Of a DNA stretch of 64,000 nucleotides, positions 26,276 through 36,363 are shown piece after piece (positions within the stretch are counted from its first letter, which is position 1; the number at the start of each line of letters is the position of its first letter). The stretch comes from Desulfobacterales bacterium. GTDB lineage: Bacteria > Desulfobacterota > Desulfobacteria > Desulfobacterales > UBA2245. A model generated the notes under the pieces. That model did not search any database. It saw only the letters and a list, made by a program, of their open reading frames with translations, and was not told the origin of the DNA. A program made the position numbers and the translations under genes. The stretch spans positions 310,001 to 374,000 of the forward strand of contig JAXGZF010000007.1 of assembly GCA_040771865.1 (NCBI GenBank), given 5' to 3'.

Positions 26276-27427
26276 TCAGAATTCCATCCCTGCAAACATG
26301 GCGGCAATCCCGTCGTGAAAGAGCATGCCCTCCTCGTTCAACCGGCATTTCCGTCCGGAAATCTCCAGCAGGCCCCGGGCCAAAAGACACGAGACCGGAT
26401 CCTGGAAAACCTCGGCAAAAGAAATTCCGAATTTCCGGTCAAACGCATCCATGTCAATTCCCTGGCAGGTTCGAAGCCGAAGAAAAATTTCTTCGATGAT
26501 GCGCTGCTGGCGGGTGAGCAGTTCGTTTCCCGCGCGGGGCGGTTGCTTATTCGACAGGTCGGCGATGTAATCTTTCACGCTCCGGTGATTCCAGTACCGG
26601 ACCGGATCGATGAAAGAGTGGGCCGAGGCGCCCAGCCCGATGTAGGGCGCCGAAACCCAGTATTTCGAATTGTGCCGTGACTCTTTGACCGGGCATCGCG
26701 CGAAGTTGGATATTTCATATCGATCGTAGCCGCGTTCGGACAGAAACTGCCCCGTCGCACGGAAAAAGGTCCCCAGAGTTTGATCGTCCATGGGCTTGAA
26801 CCGCCCCCGAAGACGGTCGTTGTCCAGCAGGGTGCCGGGCTCACAGGTGAGCATGTAGCACGAGATATGATCCGGAGAATAGCTCAGGGCCGTCTCCAGA
26901 TCCCGAATCCAGGAGTCCTCGGTCTGACCGGGAGTTCCGTAGATCAGGTCCAGACAGATGTTGTCGAATCCGGCGGCGCCGGCCGCCTCGATGGCATCGT
27001 GCGTATCGTCTGCCGTATGAATACGGCCGAGAAATCTCAACCGGTCATTCGAAAAAGACTGCACGCCGATGGTCACACGATTGACGCCGGCCGCCCGGAA
27101 AGCCTTGAAACGATTCAAATCCACGGTGCCGGGATTGGTTTCCAGCGTAACCTCGACATCGTCTGAAAAATTGAAATGAGAAAATGCTTTTCCGCAAAGC
27201 CAAGCCACCTGGTCCGGAGAAAGAACGGAAGGCGTTCCGCCTCCGATGTACAGGCTGTTGAACTGAAGCGGAACCTTTTCTGTCAGCGCCATTTCCAGAC
27301 GCAACGCATCGAGATAGGCAGGAATCCGGGAAAGATCGGTTATCGAATAAAAATCGCAATACGGACACTTGCGAAGGCAGAAGGGAATGTGAATATAAAT
27401 GCCGGCGGCATCACTGATCTCGGGCAT
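26276..27427 (-). CDS. hemW: Radical SAM heme chaperone HemW
   Basis: YIHIPFCLRKCPYCDF, GGGTPS, YEISNF, HNSKYW. Confidence 0.93.
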   Translation of the reverse strand: MPEISDAAGIYIHIPFCLRKCPYCDFYSITDLSRIPAYLDALRLEMALTEKVPLQFNSLYIGGGTPSVLSPDQVAWLCGKAFSHFNFSDDVEVTLETNPGTVDLNRFKAFRAAGVNRVTIGVQSFSNDRLRFLGRIHTADDTHDAIEAAGAAGFDNICLDLIYGTPGQTEDSWIRDLETALSYSPDHISCYMLTCEPGTLLDNDRLRGRFKPMDDQTLGTFFRATGQFLSERGYDRYEISNFARCPVKESRHNSKYWVSAPYIGLGASAHSFIDPVRYWNHRSVKDYIADLSNKQPPRAGNELLTRQQRIIEEIFLRLRTCQGIDMDAFDRKFGISFAEVFQDPVSCLLARGLLEISGRKCRLNEEGMLFHDGIAAMFAGMEF

Positions 27428-27677
27428 AATCCCATGCAGTTGAAAATCAGGAAGTGAATTCGACGCGCAACCATTCAAGCGCGTATTTTTTATAACACAC
27501 TTTGAGCTTTTTCAAAATAATTCCGAATGGTTTCAAAGCAATATCCTGCAAAGCGACGGAATATGGTTTAAAAACCCAAGTGGATTGCTGCGTTTTTTAT
27601 TGACACCGCCTGGCGTGTTTCCTAAGTAAGGAAGCTTGATTTCCGTCTCACGACCTTTACGGCCGAAATTGATTTGA

Positions 27678-28019
27678 ATGATGCAAAGGATCAGGTTCTT
27701 GGGAACAGAAGAAACAAAAAAACAGTTTGAGGTCAAAGTCTACCTGGACTGGTGCAAGCGATGCGGAATCTGCGCCGCGTTCTGCCCAAAATCCGTGCTG
27801 GTTCTGGATGAAAAAAAATTTCCTCATGCGCTGCATCCGGAAGCCTGCATCGGATGCAGGCTGTGCGAAATCCATTGCCCGGATTTTGCGATCGAAATCA
27901 GGGAGAACTCTATAAAAAGCCAAAACCGCGACAGCGCATCAGAAGCTCAGATTGTCAAAAACCTGGTTGAATGCGGCACGGAGCAGAAATCCGACTTTTT
28001 ACAAAGCCATCAGGGATAA
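27678..28019 (+). CDS. korD: 2[4Fe-4S] ferredoxin, 2-oxoacid:Fd oxidoreductase delta subunit
   Basis: CKRCGICAAFCP and CIGCRLCEIHCPDFAI. Start may be TTG 27699. Confidence 0.85.
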   Translation: MMQRIRFLGTEETKKQFEVKVYLDWCKRCGICAAFCPKSVLVLDEKKFPHALHPEACIGCRLCEIHCPDFAIEIRENSIKSQNRDSASEAQIVKNLVECGTEQKSDFLQSHQG

Positions 28020-28032
28020 GGAGTAAATACGT

Positions 28033-29190
28033 TTGGCCAAGCACAGAACCCTCAAGGTCGTCCGCCCGCCGGCGCTGATCCATGGAAATGCGGCGATCGC
28101 CCGTGGAGCCATTGCCGCCGGTTGCCGGTTTTTTGCCGGCTATCCCATTACCCCGGCGACGGAAATCGCCGAAATCATGTCCAGAGAAATTCCCCGGCAC
28201 GGCGGAACCTTTATCCAGATGGAAGATGAAATCGCCAGCATGGGGGCTGTCGTGGGCGCATCTCTGGCCGGAGTCAAAGCCATGACCGCCACCAGCGGGC
28301 CCGGTTTCTGCCTGATGCAGGAGATTCTGGGATTCGCCTATGCCACGGAGACGCCCTGTGTCGTTGTCAATGTCATGCGCGGAGGCCCCAGCACCGGATT
28401 GCCCACACGCCCTTCCCAGTCCGACGTCATGCTTTCCCGATGGGGGGCTCACGGAAATCATCCCAGCATCGTTCTGGCGGTGTCCTCGGTCCAAGACTGT
28501 TTTCATGTGACAATCAAGGCATTTAACTTTTCGGAAAAATTCCGCACTCCGGTTATCCTGCTGTCCGACGAGGTCGTGGCGCATACCCGGGAAATCTTTT
28601 CACCTCCTGAGGATAACAGCCTTTCCATCTTCAACCGGGTCCGGCCCACGGTTCCCGCGGAATGGTACATCCCCTTTGATAATACGGCCCAAGGTGTGCC
28701 GTCCATGGCTGTCTTCGGAGACGGCTACCGGCACAACGTCACGGGGCTGGTTCACGATGTGCGCGGGTTTCCCACGGAACAGAAAGAAGAGGTTCGAATC
28801 TTTTATGAAAGGATTCACCGCAAAATCGAACTTCACCGGGAGGAGATTGAAATATTCGAGTCCTATTTTCTCGATGATGCCGAGATCTGCCTGATCGCTT
28901 ACGGGTCAGCCTCCATGGCGGCCCTGGAAGCGGTACACCAGGCCCGGAAAACCAACCTGAAAGTCGGCCTGCTGAAGCTCACCACTCTGTTCCCCTTTCC
29001 ATCCAAACCCGTGGAAGAGGTCTTAAACCGGTCCAGAATCGTCATCGTTCCGGAGATGAATTTCGGTCAGATCGTTCAGGAAGTGAAAAACCTCGACGTC
29101 TTCCGAACCCGGATTATTCAAATGAACCGCTACGACGGCCATATGTTCGTCCCTTCGGAAATTCTCCAAAAAATCCAAGAGGTTTACTGA
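28033..29190 (+). CDS. korA: 2-oxoacid:ferredoxin oxidoreductase alpha subunit
   Basis: GYPITPATE, QMEDEIAS, TATSGPG, RGGPSTGLPT. Confidence 0.92.
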   Translation: MAKHRTLKVVRPPALIHGNAAIARGAIAAGCRFFAGYPITPATEIAEIMSREIPRHGGTFIQMEDEIASMGAVVGASLAGVKAMTATSGPGFCLMQEILGFAYATETPCVVVNVMRGGPSTGLPTRPSQSDVMLSRWGAHGNHPSIVLAVSSVQDCFHVTIKAFNFSEKFRTPVILLSDEVVAHTREIFSPPEDNSLSIFNRVRPTVPAEWYIPFDNTAQGVPSMAVFGDGYRHNVTGLVHDVRGFPTEQKEEVRIFYERIHRKIELHREEIEIFESYFLDDAEICLIAYGSASMAALEAVHQARKTNLKVGLLKLTTLFPFPSKPVEEVLNRSRIVIVPEMNFGQIVQEVKNLDVFRTRIIQMNRYDGHMFVPSEILQKIQEVY

Positions 29191-30023
29191 TGCAGGAATC
29201 CACCCACCTCATCCATCAATATCTTCGCCACGACAAGAAATTTCCGCATCTGTGGTGCCCGGGATGCGGAAACGGCATCGTTCTGGGGGCGTTGATTCGA
29301 GCCATTCACCACCTGGGCTGTTCAAAAAATGAAATCGTACTGGTTTCCGGAATCGGGTGTTCCAGCCGCATGCCGACCTATGTGGACTTCAACACCCTGC
29401 ACACCGTTCACGGGAGAGCCCTGACCTTTGCCACCGGCATCAAGCTGGCCAACCCTGCCCTGAAGGTCATTACGATCATGGGAGACGGCGACGCCATGGC
29501 CATTGGCGGCAATCATTTTATTCATGCGGCCCGTCGCAACATCGACATAACCGCCCTGATCATGAACAACCGCATATATGGAATGACCGGGGGCCAGTCT
29601 TCTCCGACCACTCCTTTTGGATCGGTTTCCGCAACGGCGCCATACACCCAGATCGAACGACCCTTTCAAATAACCGAAATGGCCATCGCCTCCGGTGCGG
29701 CTTATGTGGCCCGCGGCACCGTATATCATGCCCGGAAGCTCATCGGCCTGATCGAAGAGGCCATTCGAAAGCCGGGATTTTCCGTAGTCGAAATCATCAC
29801 CCACTGCCACGTTCAGTTCGGAAAGTACAATCAGTTGGGCTCCCATATCGATATGCTCAAATGGCAAAAATCCCATGCGGTCCCCGTGGAGAAAGCCGGA
29901 TCACTTTCCGACGAGGCACTCAGAGACAAGTTTACCATCGGCGTGCTGGCAAACAGAGATTTTCCGATTTTTGATCAGGAATATGCAAAAATCAGACAGG
30001 CCGCCATGCAGGCCCAACCCTGA
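29190..30023 (+). CDS. korB: 2-oxoacid:ferredoxin oxidoreductase beta subunit
   Basis: WCPGCG, SGIGCS, GDGD, YGMTGGQ. Confidence 0.92.
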   Translation: MQESTHLIHQYLRHDKKFPHLWCPGCGNGIVLGALIRAIHHLGCSKNEIVLVSGIGCSSRMPTYVDFNTLHTVHGRALTFATGIKLANPALKVITIMGDGDAMAIGGNHFIHAARRNIDITALIMNNRIYGMTGGQSSPTTPFGSVSATAPYTQIERPFQITEMAIASGAAYVARGTVYHARKLIGLIEEAIRKPGFSVVEIITHCHVQFGKYNQLGSHIDMLKWQKSHAVPVEKAGSLSDEALRDKFTIGVLANRDFPIFDQEYAKIRQAAMQAQP

Positions 30024-30057
30024 ACATTCATTTCGGATTCTGGAGCATCGATTTCCC

Positions 30058-30696
30058 ATGACTCAACGCTATGAAATAAGACTGTCGGGTTCAGGAGGCC
30101 AGGGGCTGATTCTGGCCGCCATTATTCTGGCTGAAGCAGCTGGCATTCATGAAGGCAAATATGTAACCCAGACCCAGAGTTACGGCCCCGAGGCCCGGGG
30201 AGGACGCAGCAGGGCCGAGGTTGTGATCAGCGACCGCCCGATTCATTTTCCGCAACCCATGGGGCTGGATCTTCTTGTAGCCATGACCCAGTTCGCCTGC
30301 GACACCTATTTTATCGATCTGAAACCCTCGGGAACACTGATCGCCGATCCCTCGGCCGTCCGGGAATCTCCGCTGCACGGAACCATCTTCATTCCGTTTA
30401 CCGATATCGCCCGGCAGCAGGTCGGCCGCGAACAGATGGCCAACATGGTCGCCCTTGGAAGCATGGCGGAAATTACCCAGATCGTTTCCGTTTCATCCTT
30501 GAAAAAAGCCGTGAGAGCCAGATCTCCCGAAGGTACTGCGGAGATGAACCTCAAAGCCCTCTCGGAAGGCGTGCTGGCGGCAAAAGGCCTTCAAAAAGAG
30601 AACGATCTCATGAACGCCGAACGATCCGCCCAAGAATCTGAAACCCCGGTCCAATGGCTGCGGCGGGTGTCTTCGGGCAGGAAAAACGAATCGTGA
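30058..30696 (+). CDS. korC: 2-oxoacid:ferredoxin oxidoreductase gamma subunit
   Basis: GSGGQG, QSYGPEARGG, NMVALG. Confidence 0.92.
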   Translation: MTQRYEIRLSGSGGQGLILAAIILAEAAGIHEGKYVTQTQSYGPEARGGRSRAEVVISDRPIHFPQPMGLDLLVAMTQFACDTYFIDLKPSGTLIADPSAVRESPLHGTIFIPFTDIARQQVGREQMANMVALGSMAEITQIVSVSSLKKAVRARSPEGTAEMNLKALSEGVLAAKGLQKENDLMNAERSAQESETPVQWLRRVSSGRKNES

Positions 30697-31691
30697 AAAA
30701 AGGTGCTCTCTGGATCTGCGCGGCTCTGATTGTGGCGGTTTTGAGCGCCTCCGTGCTGGTCCTGGGCCTGTCCAGACATCTGGAACAGCCCCGGAATTTT
30801 GAGCAGACGGAAATCACCATCTCCCCCGGCCAGAGCTTCAACTCGGTTCTGGCCGAGCTTCGCCGGCGGGGGCTGATTTCTTCAGCCTGGAAGCTCAAAC
30901 TCTACGCCCGGTTCAAAGGCTGCGACAAAAAGCTTCGGGCCGGTGAGTACCTGATTCCCGCCGGCGCTTCCCCTGAAAAAATTCTGGATCTTCTGGTGCA
31001 GGGAAAGGTCATGCTTCACCGCATCACGGTTCCGGAGGGATACAGCCTCATCCAGATTGCCGAAACCGTTGAACGGGCCGGCCTGGTTCCGGCGGCCGAA
31101 TTTCTGGCCGCCGCCAGTGATCCGCAGCTGATCGAAAATTTTAAAATTTCCGGCAGCAGCTTTGAGGGTTACCTGTTCCCGGATACCTATCTTTTCTCCA
31201 GACAGACATCGGCCCGAAAGATTATAGAGGTCATGGTTCATCGATTCGATGAGGTTTTTTCCGAAGACTGGAAAGAAAAAGCGACAAGGCTGGGCCTGAG
31301 CGTTCACGAGGTGGTCGCCCTGGCCTCGATCATCGAAAAGGAAACCGGCGTGGATGCCGAAAGGCCTGTCATCGCCTCGGTGTTCCACAACCGGCTCAAA
31401 CTGGGCATGCGGCTTGAAAGTGATCCGACGGTTATTTACGGCATTGACAATTTCGACGGCAACCTGACCCGAACGCATCTCAAAACGCCGACGCCTTACA
31501 ACACCTACACCCAGCCGGGGCTTCCTCCCGGTCCGATCGCCAGCCCGGGACAAAAATCCCTGGAAGCGGCCCTGTATCCTGCGGACACCCCGTATCTCTT
31601 CTTCGTGGCCAGAAAAGACCGCACCCATCAGTTTTCAGCCACCCTGGCCGAACACCAGAAGGCCGTCAAAATACATCAGCTTTCACCCTGA
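30693..31691 (+). CDS. mltG: Endolytic transglycosylase MltG
   Basis: EGYLFPDTY, ASIIEKET, LESDPT, PYNTY, GLPPGPI; GTGA overlap with korC. Confidence 0.95.
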   Translation: MKKGALWICAALIVAVLSASVLVLGLSRHLEQPRNFEQTEITISPGQSFNSVLAELRRRGLISSAWKLKLYARFKGCDKKLRAGEYLIPAGASPEKILDLLVQGKVMLHRITVPEGYSLIQIAETVERAGLVPAAEFLAAASDPQLIENFKISGSSFEGYLFPDTYLFSRQTSARKIIEVMVHRFDEVFSEDWKEKATRLGLSVHEVVALASIIEKETGVDAERPVIASVFHNRLKLGMRLESDPTVIYGIDNFDGNLTRTHLKTPTPYNTYTQPGLPPGPIASPGQKSLEAALYPADTPYLFFVARKDRTHQFSATLAEHQKAVKIHQLSP

Positions 31692-31718
31692 TGAAATGAA
31701 ATCAGAAAGGATTTACGC

Positions 31719-32738
31719 ATGAAAGCCCATCAGCTATCGAACCGGCAGCTCGCAGGCCAGCGCCTCATGGCGGGGTTCGACGGCATTGACCTGAATCCGG
31801 ATCTCAAGGCGCTGATCGAAGATCTGAAGGTCGGAGGCCTGATCCTTTTTTCAAGGAATCTGGTGGATCCGGAACAGATTCGAACCCTTTGCCGATCCGC
31901 TCAGAAATACGCGGCCGCCTGCAACCAGCCGCCGCTTCTGATCGCCATCGACCAGGAAGGCGGTCAGGTGGCTCGACTCAAGGAACCTTTTACTCAGTTT
32001 GCCGGCAATCCATCGATGAAATCCATTCGAGACGCCGAAAATTTTGCCCGGATCACGGCATCGGAGCTTTCCAGCCTGGGCATCAACATGAACCTGGCGC
32101 CGGTCCTGGATATTGTGCCCGAGGGATTTGACGGCATCATGAGGCAGCGTTCGTTCGGCAGTGATCCGGCGTGGGTGGCAACACTGGGAACAGCTGTCAT
32201 TGAAACGCTTCAGAAAAACGGCATCATGGCGGTGGCCAAGCATTTTCCGGGAATCGGCCGCACCGTCCTGGACTCTCACCTGGATCTTCCCGATCTGAAT
32301 ATCGATATCGCCGGTCTGGAAAGCTTTGACCTGATTCCGTTTCAAGCGGCCATCGCGCATCAGGTCGCCGGCATCATGCTGTCCCATATCCGCTACACGG
32401 GCGTGGATCCGGTTTATCCGGCCGGTCTTTCGCCCGAAATCACCCGCCGTCTGCTTCGCGATCGCATGGAGTATCAGGGAATCGTCATGACCGACGATCT
32501 GGACATGGGCGCGGTGGTCAGGCATTTTGACATTCAGGCCGTGGCGGATCAACTGCTGCGCTGCGAGGTCGACATCGTTCTGATCTGCCACAAGGGGCCG
32601 AATATCGAAACCGCTTTCAACCGGATACTCGAAGGCATCGAGGCCTCGGCTGAAATTCGAAAATCCGGCATTCGGTCGGCCCAAAGAATTCTTCAGACCA
32701 AGTCGGACTATCTGACCGGAAATACAGGCAAAATATAA
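31719..32738 (+). CDS. nagZ: Beta-N-acetylhexosaminidase (GH3)
   Basis: IDQEGG, KHFPGIG..DSH, TDDLDM. Confidence 0.92.
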   Translation: MKAHQLSNRQLAGQRLMAGFDGIDLNPDLKALIEDLKVGGLILFSRNLVDPEQIRTLCRSAQKYAAACNQPPLLIAIDQEGGQVARLKEPFTQFAGNPSMKSIRDAENFARITASELSSLGINMNLAPVLDIVPEGFDGIMRQRSFGSDPAWVATLGTAVIETLQKNGIMAVAKHFPGIGRTVLDSHLDLPDLNIDIAGLESFDLIPFQAAIAHQVAGIMLSHIRYTGVDPVYPAGLSPEITRRLLRDRMEYQGIVMTDDLDMGAVVRHFDIQAVADQLLRCEVDIVLICHKGPNIETAFNRILEGIEASAEIRKSGIRSAQRILQTKSDYLTGNTGKI

Positions 32739-32779
32739 ACGAAACATTCAGGGCGATGCATGAGAGGATTGCCGACAGG

Positions 32780-33778
32780 TTAGATTCGTGCACGGGAGTA
32801 TACGTCGCTGTCAAGCCCGGCCCGGTCACCCCGAGTCAGAAGATGATATCCGGCGGCGGCAATCATGGCGGCATTATCGCCGCAGAATTTCAACGCCGGA
32901 ATATGGCATGAAATCCCCTTTTCGGCGGCATCGGCGGCAAGCTTTTCCCGCAGCCGGCCGTTGGCCGCCACGCCCCCGACCAGTGACAGATTCCGGCAGC
33001 CCTTTTCCAGGGCAGCATGAACGGCTTTATAGCAAAGCACCTCCACCACGGCCTCCTGAAATCCCGCCGCAATATCGGCGACCTGATCATCGGAACAGAC
33101 TTTATGGGTATCAATATAGCGTTTGACCGCCGTCTTGATGCCGCTGAAACTGAAATCAAAAGCGGTTTTGTCGAGAAACGGACGCGGAAAAACAATCCGG
33201 GACGCGTCGCCCTGGCCGGAAAGCCTGTCGATGATGCCCCCTCCCGGATATCCCAGATTCAGCATTTTGGCCACCTTGTCGTAAGCCTCTCCGGCGGCGT
33301 CATCGCGGGTCTGCCCCATCACCAAGGCCTCGGTGGGAGATGTCACCCAGTAAATGCTGGTATGCCCGCCGGAGGCCAGCAGCGCGACAAAGGGAAATGG
33401 CGGAGGATTGGAACCCAGAAAAACCGCGTGAATATGCCCCAGAAGATGGTTGACTCCCACCCAGGGTATCTTGCGGCTCCAGGCGAGGGCCTTTGCAAAG
33501 GAGAATCCGACCAGAAGCGAGCCGATCAGTCCGGGCCCCTGAGTGACGGCCACAGCGTCGACCTGATCCATCCTCAGGCCGGCCGTTTCCAGAGCCTCGT
33601 TAAAAACCGGAACAATGGCCTCGATATGCTTGCGCGAGGCCAGTTCAGGCACGACCCCGCCGTAAGGACGATGGGCGGCAACCTGAGAGGACACAACGGA
33701 AGAAAGCGTGCGATAACCGTCCTCGACCAGGGCTGCGGCCGTCTCGTCGCAGGATGTTTCAATGCCGAGAATAATCAT
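32780..33778 (-). CDS. tsaD: tRNA t6A threonylcarbamoyltransferase TsaD
   Basis: GIETSCDET, HLLGH, SGGHT, DDAAGEAYDK, DNAAMI. Confidence 0.97.
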   Translation of the reverse strand: MIILGIETSCDETAAALVEDGYRTLSSVVSSQVAAHRPYGGVVPELASRKHIEAIVPVFNEALETAGLRMDQVDAVAVTQGPGLIGSLLVGFSFAKALAWSRKIPWVGVNHLLGHIHAVFLGSNPPPFPFVALLASGGHTSIYWVTSPTEALVMGQTRDDAAGEAYDKVAKMLNLGYPGGGIIDRLSGQGDASRIVFPRPFLDKTAFDFSFSGIKTAVKRYIDTHKVCSDDQVADIAAGFQEAVVEVLCYKAVHAALEKGCRNLSLVGGVAANGRLREKLAADAAEKGISCHIPALKFCGDNAAMIAAAGYHLLTRGDRAGLDSDVYSRARI

Positions 33779-33972
33779 GGTTCGTGGCACCATAAAAAAG
33801 GCCGAAGCAATATGTTCGGCCTTGATCAAGCTTTAAAGGATTTTGTTTTTCTTTGTCCCGGCCCCGGCCGCGGCACGCCCTGTACTCAGCACCGGCACGG
33901 ATCTTCTTTTTGAGCTCTGGAGATACGCTCCATCAGCCGCCAGAAATAGTTACAAAAAGACTTCCACACCGC

Positions 33973-35016
33973 TCAAGCCCATTCGATCTGCGGGCCGGAA
34001 TCTTTTCTTTCAACAATCTCACCGATCACCCAGCCCGTTTCATTCATGGCCTTGAGCCGAAGCAGCATGTCCTGCACCAGTTTCTCAGGAACCACGGCGA
34101 TCATTCCAATCCCGTTGTTGAAGGTGCGCATCATCTCAATTTCTTCGATGTTTCCGCCCTTTTGCAGAAATTCGAAAACCGGCGGCACAGGCCAGCTGCC
34201 CTTTCGAATCAGCGCGCTGCACGCTCTGGGAAGAACCCGGACGAGATTGTCGGGAATGCCGCCGCCGGTAATGTGGGCCAAACCCAGAACCGGCCCTTCC
34301 TTCATCAGGCTTTGAACGGTTTCGGCATATATCTTTGTCGGCGTCAGCAGCTCTTCGCCCAGAGTTTTTCCGAATTCCGGAATATAATCCTCCACCTTAT
34401 GACGGAGAATGTCGAAACAGATCTTTCGCACCATGGAATAACCGTTGCTGTGAACCCCGCTGGAAGCAATTCCAATCAGCTGATTTCCCACATGAATTTC
34501 CGAGCCGTCGATGATCTTGCCGTTATCCACGATACCCACGGAAAAACCGGCCATATCGTATTCGTTCGGCTGATAAAAACCAGGCATCTCGGCTGTCTCC
34601 CCGCCGATCAGAGAGCATCCGGCCCTTCGGCATCCCTCGGCAACCCCCTCGATGATGGCCACGGCCACGTCGGTATTCAGAACGCCCATGGCAAGATAGT
34701 CCAGAAAGAACAGGGGCTTTGCGCCCTGAACCGCCACATCGTTCACACACATGGCCACCAGGTCGATGCCAACGGTGTTGTGTATATTCATCATAAAAGC
34801 GATTTTCAGCTTGGTGCCGACCCCATCCGTTGAACTGACCAGAACCGGATTTTCGTAGTCCTCCATTTTCAGAGAGAACAGGCCGCCGAACCCTCCGATT
34901 TCCCCCATCACCCCGGAACGCGGCGTCTGAGCGGCAATTTTTTTTATAATGCCAACAAAAGCGTTGGCCTTGTCGACGTCAACACCGGCATCGGCATACG
35001 TCAAGGGTTTGCCCAT
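33973..35016 (-). CDS. purM: AIR synthetase
   Basis: YADAGVD, DGVGTK, GGETAEMPG, HSNGYS. Confidence 0.98.
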   Translation of the reverse strand: MGKPLTYADAGVDVDKANAFVGIIKKIAAQTPRSGVMGEIGGFGGLFSLKMEDYENPVLVSSTDGVGTKLKIAFMMNIHNTVGIDLVAMCVNDVAVQGAKPLFFLDYLAMGVLNTDVAVAIIEGVAEGCRRAGCSLIGGETAEMPGFYQPNEYDMAGFSVGIVDNGKIIDGSEIHVGNQLIGIASSGVHSNGYSMVRKICFDILRHKVEDYIPEFGKTLGEELLTPTKIYAETVQSLMKEGPVLGLAHITGGGIPDNLVRVLPRACSALIRKGSWPVPPVFEFLQKGGNIEEIEMMRTFNNGIGMIAVVPEKLVQDMLLRLKAMNETGWVIGEIVERKDSGPQIEWA

Positions 35017-35172
35017 ATTCAGCTCCTAATGAATCTTAAGTATTCAAAAATGTGTAGGAAAATTAAACTGATTCGGACAAAAAGTCAAAAGAATTTTTTT
35101 TGACATAACCCCCGCCGTGTTGTACAGAGACTGGGTAAAATTGAATGTCGATTCCATCAAGAGGCTGGAAGC

Positions 35173-36342
35173 ATGACGAAATTTGCAAGACTGGACCGGC
35201 TGCCCCCCTATGTTTTTGCAACGGTCAACCAGATCAAAATGGAGGCCAGGCACGCCGGAAAAGATATCATTGACCTTGGAATGGGCAACCCGGATCTGCC
35301 CGCTCCCGACCATGTCGTGGACAAGCTGGTGGAGGCTTCCCGCAAACCCCACAATCACCGGTACTCTGCTTCCATGGGGATTACCCGGCTCAGACGGGCC
35401 ATTGTCGACTGGTACAAGCGGCGCTTCGATGTGGATCTGGATCCCGACCAGGAGGCCATTGTCACCATGGGCGTCAAGGAGGGGCTGTCCCACCTGATTC
35501 TGGTCACCATCCGCCCCGGCGACGTGGTGTTCACCCCCACCCCGACATATCCGATTCATCCGTATTCGGCCATCATCGCCGGCGGAGACGTTCGAGGCAT
35601 TCCGCTGGGGCCGGATCAGGATTTCTTTGAGAACCTGATCAGCGCCACCCGCCAGACCTGGCCGAAGCCCAAGATTCTGATCATCAGTTATCCGCACAAC
35701 CCGACCACCGAGGTAGTGGAGCTGGATTTTTTCGAAAAGATCGTGGACTACGCCAAGGATCACGATATCATGGTGATTCACGATTTTGCCTATGCGGACC
35801 TGGCCTTTGACGGATACCGGGCCCCAAGTTTCCTTCAGGCCAAAGGCGCCAGGGATGTGGGAGTGGAATTTTTTTCCCTTTCAAAGAGCTACAGCATGGC
35901 CGGATGGCGCGTGGGCTTTTGCGTGGGCAATCCGGAAATGGTCGCCGCCTTGCGCAGAATCAAGAGTTATCTGGACTATGGATCGTTTCAGCCCATTCAA
36001 ATAGCCTCCATCATCGCACTGAACGGTCCTCAGGATTGCGTCGATCAGATACGGGACACCTACCAGACCCGGCGCGACGCTCTGATCTCCGGGCTCAGCC
36101 GCATCGGCTGGGAGGTTCCCAGCCCCCGGGGAACCATGTTCGTATGGGCAAGAATTCCCGAACCCTTTATTCGAATGGGATCGGTGGAGTTCGCCAAGCT
36201 GCTGATCCGGGAAGGGGAAGTGGCGGTCTCGCCGGGTCTGGGTTTCGGAGAATACGGAGACGAATACGTCCGGTTCGCCCTGATCGAAAATCCCATGCGA
36301 ATCAATCAGGCCGTCCGAGGCATTCGAAGGATCATGCCGTAA
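35173..36342 (+). CDS. alaC: Class I/II aminotransferase, AlaC-like
   Basis: [24 protein letters not shown]. Confidence 0.85.
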   Translation: MTKFARLDRLPPYVFATVNQIKMEARHAGKDIIDLGMGNPDLPAPDHVVDKLVEASRKPHNHRYSASMGITRLRRAIVDWYKRRFDVDLDPDQEAIVTMGVKEGLSHLILVTIRPGDVVFTPTPTYPIHPYSAIIAGGDVRGIPLGPDQDFFENLISATRQTWPKPKILIISYPHNPTTEVVELDFFEKIVDYAKDHDIMVIHDFAYADLAFDGYRAPSFLQAKGARDVGVEFFSLSKSYSMAGWRVGFCVGNPEMVAALRRIKSYLDYGSFQPIQIASIIALNGPQDCVDQIRDTYQTRRDALISGLSRIGWEVPSPRGTMFVWARIPEPFIRMGSVEFAKLLIREGEVAVSPGLGFGEYGDEYVRFALIENPMRINQAVRGIRRIMP

Positions 36343-36363
36343 CAACGCAAGGAGTCTTGATCT

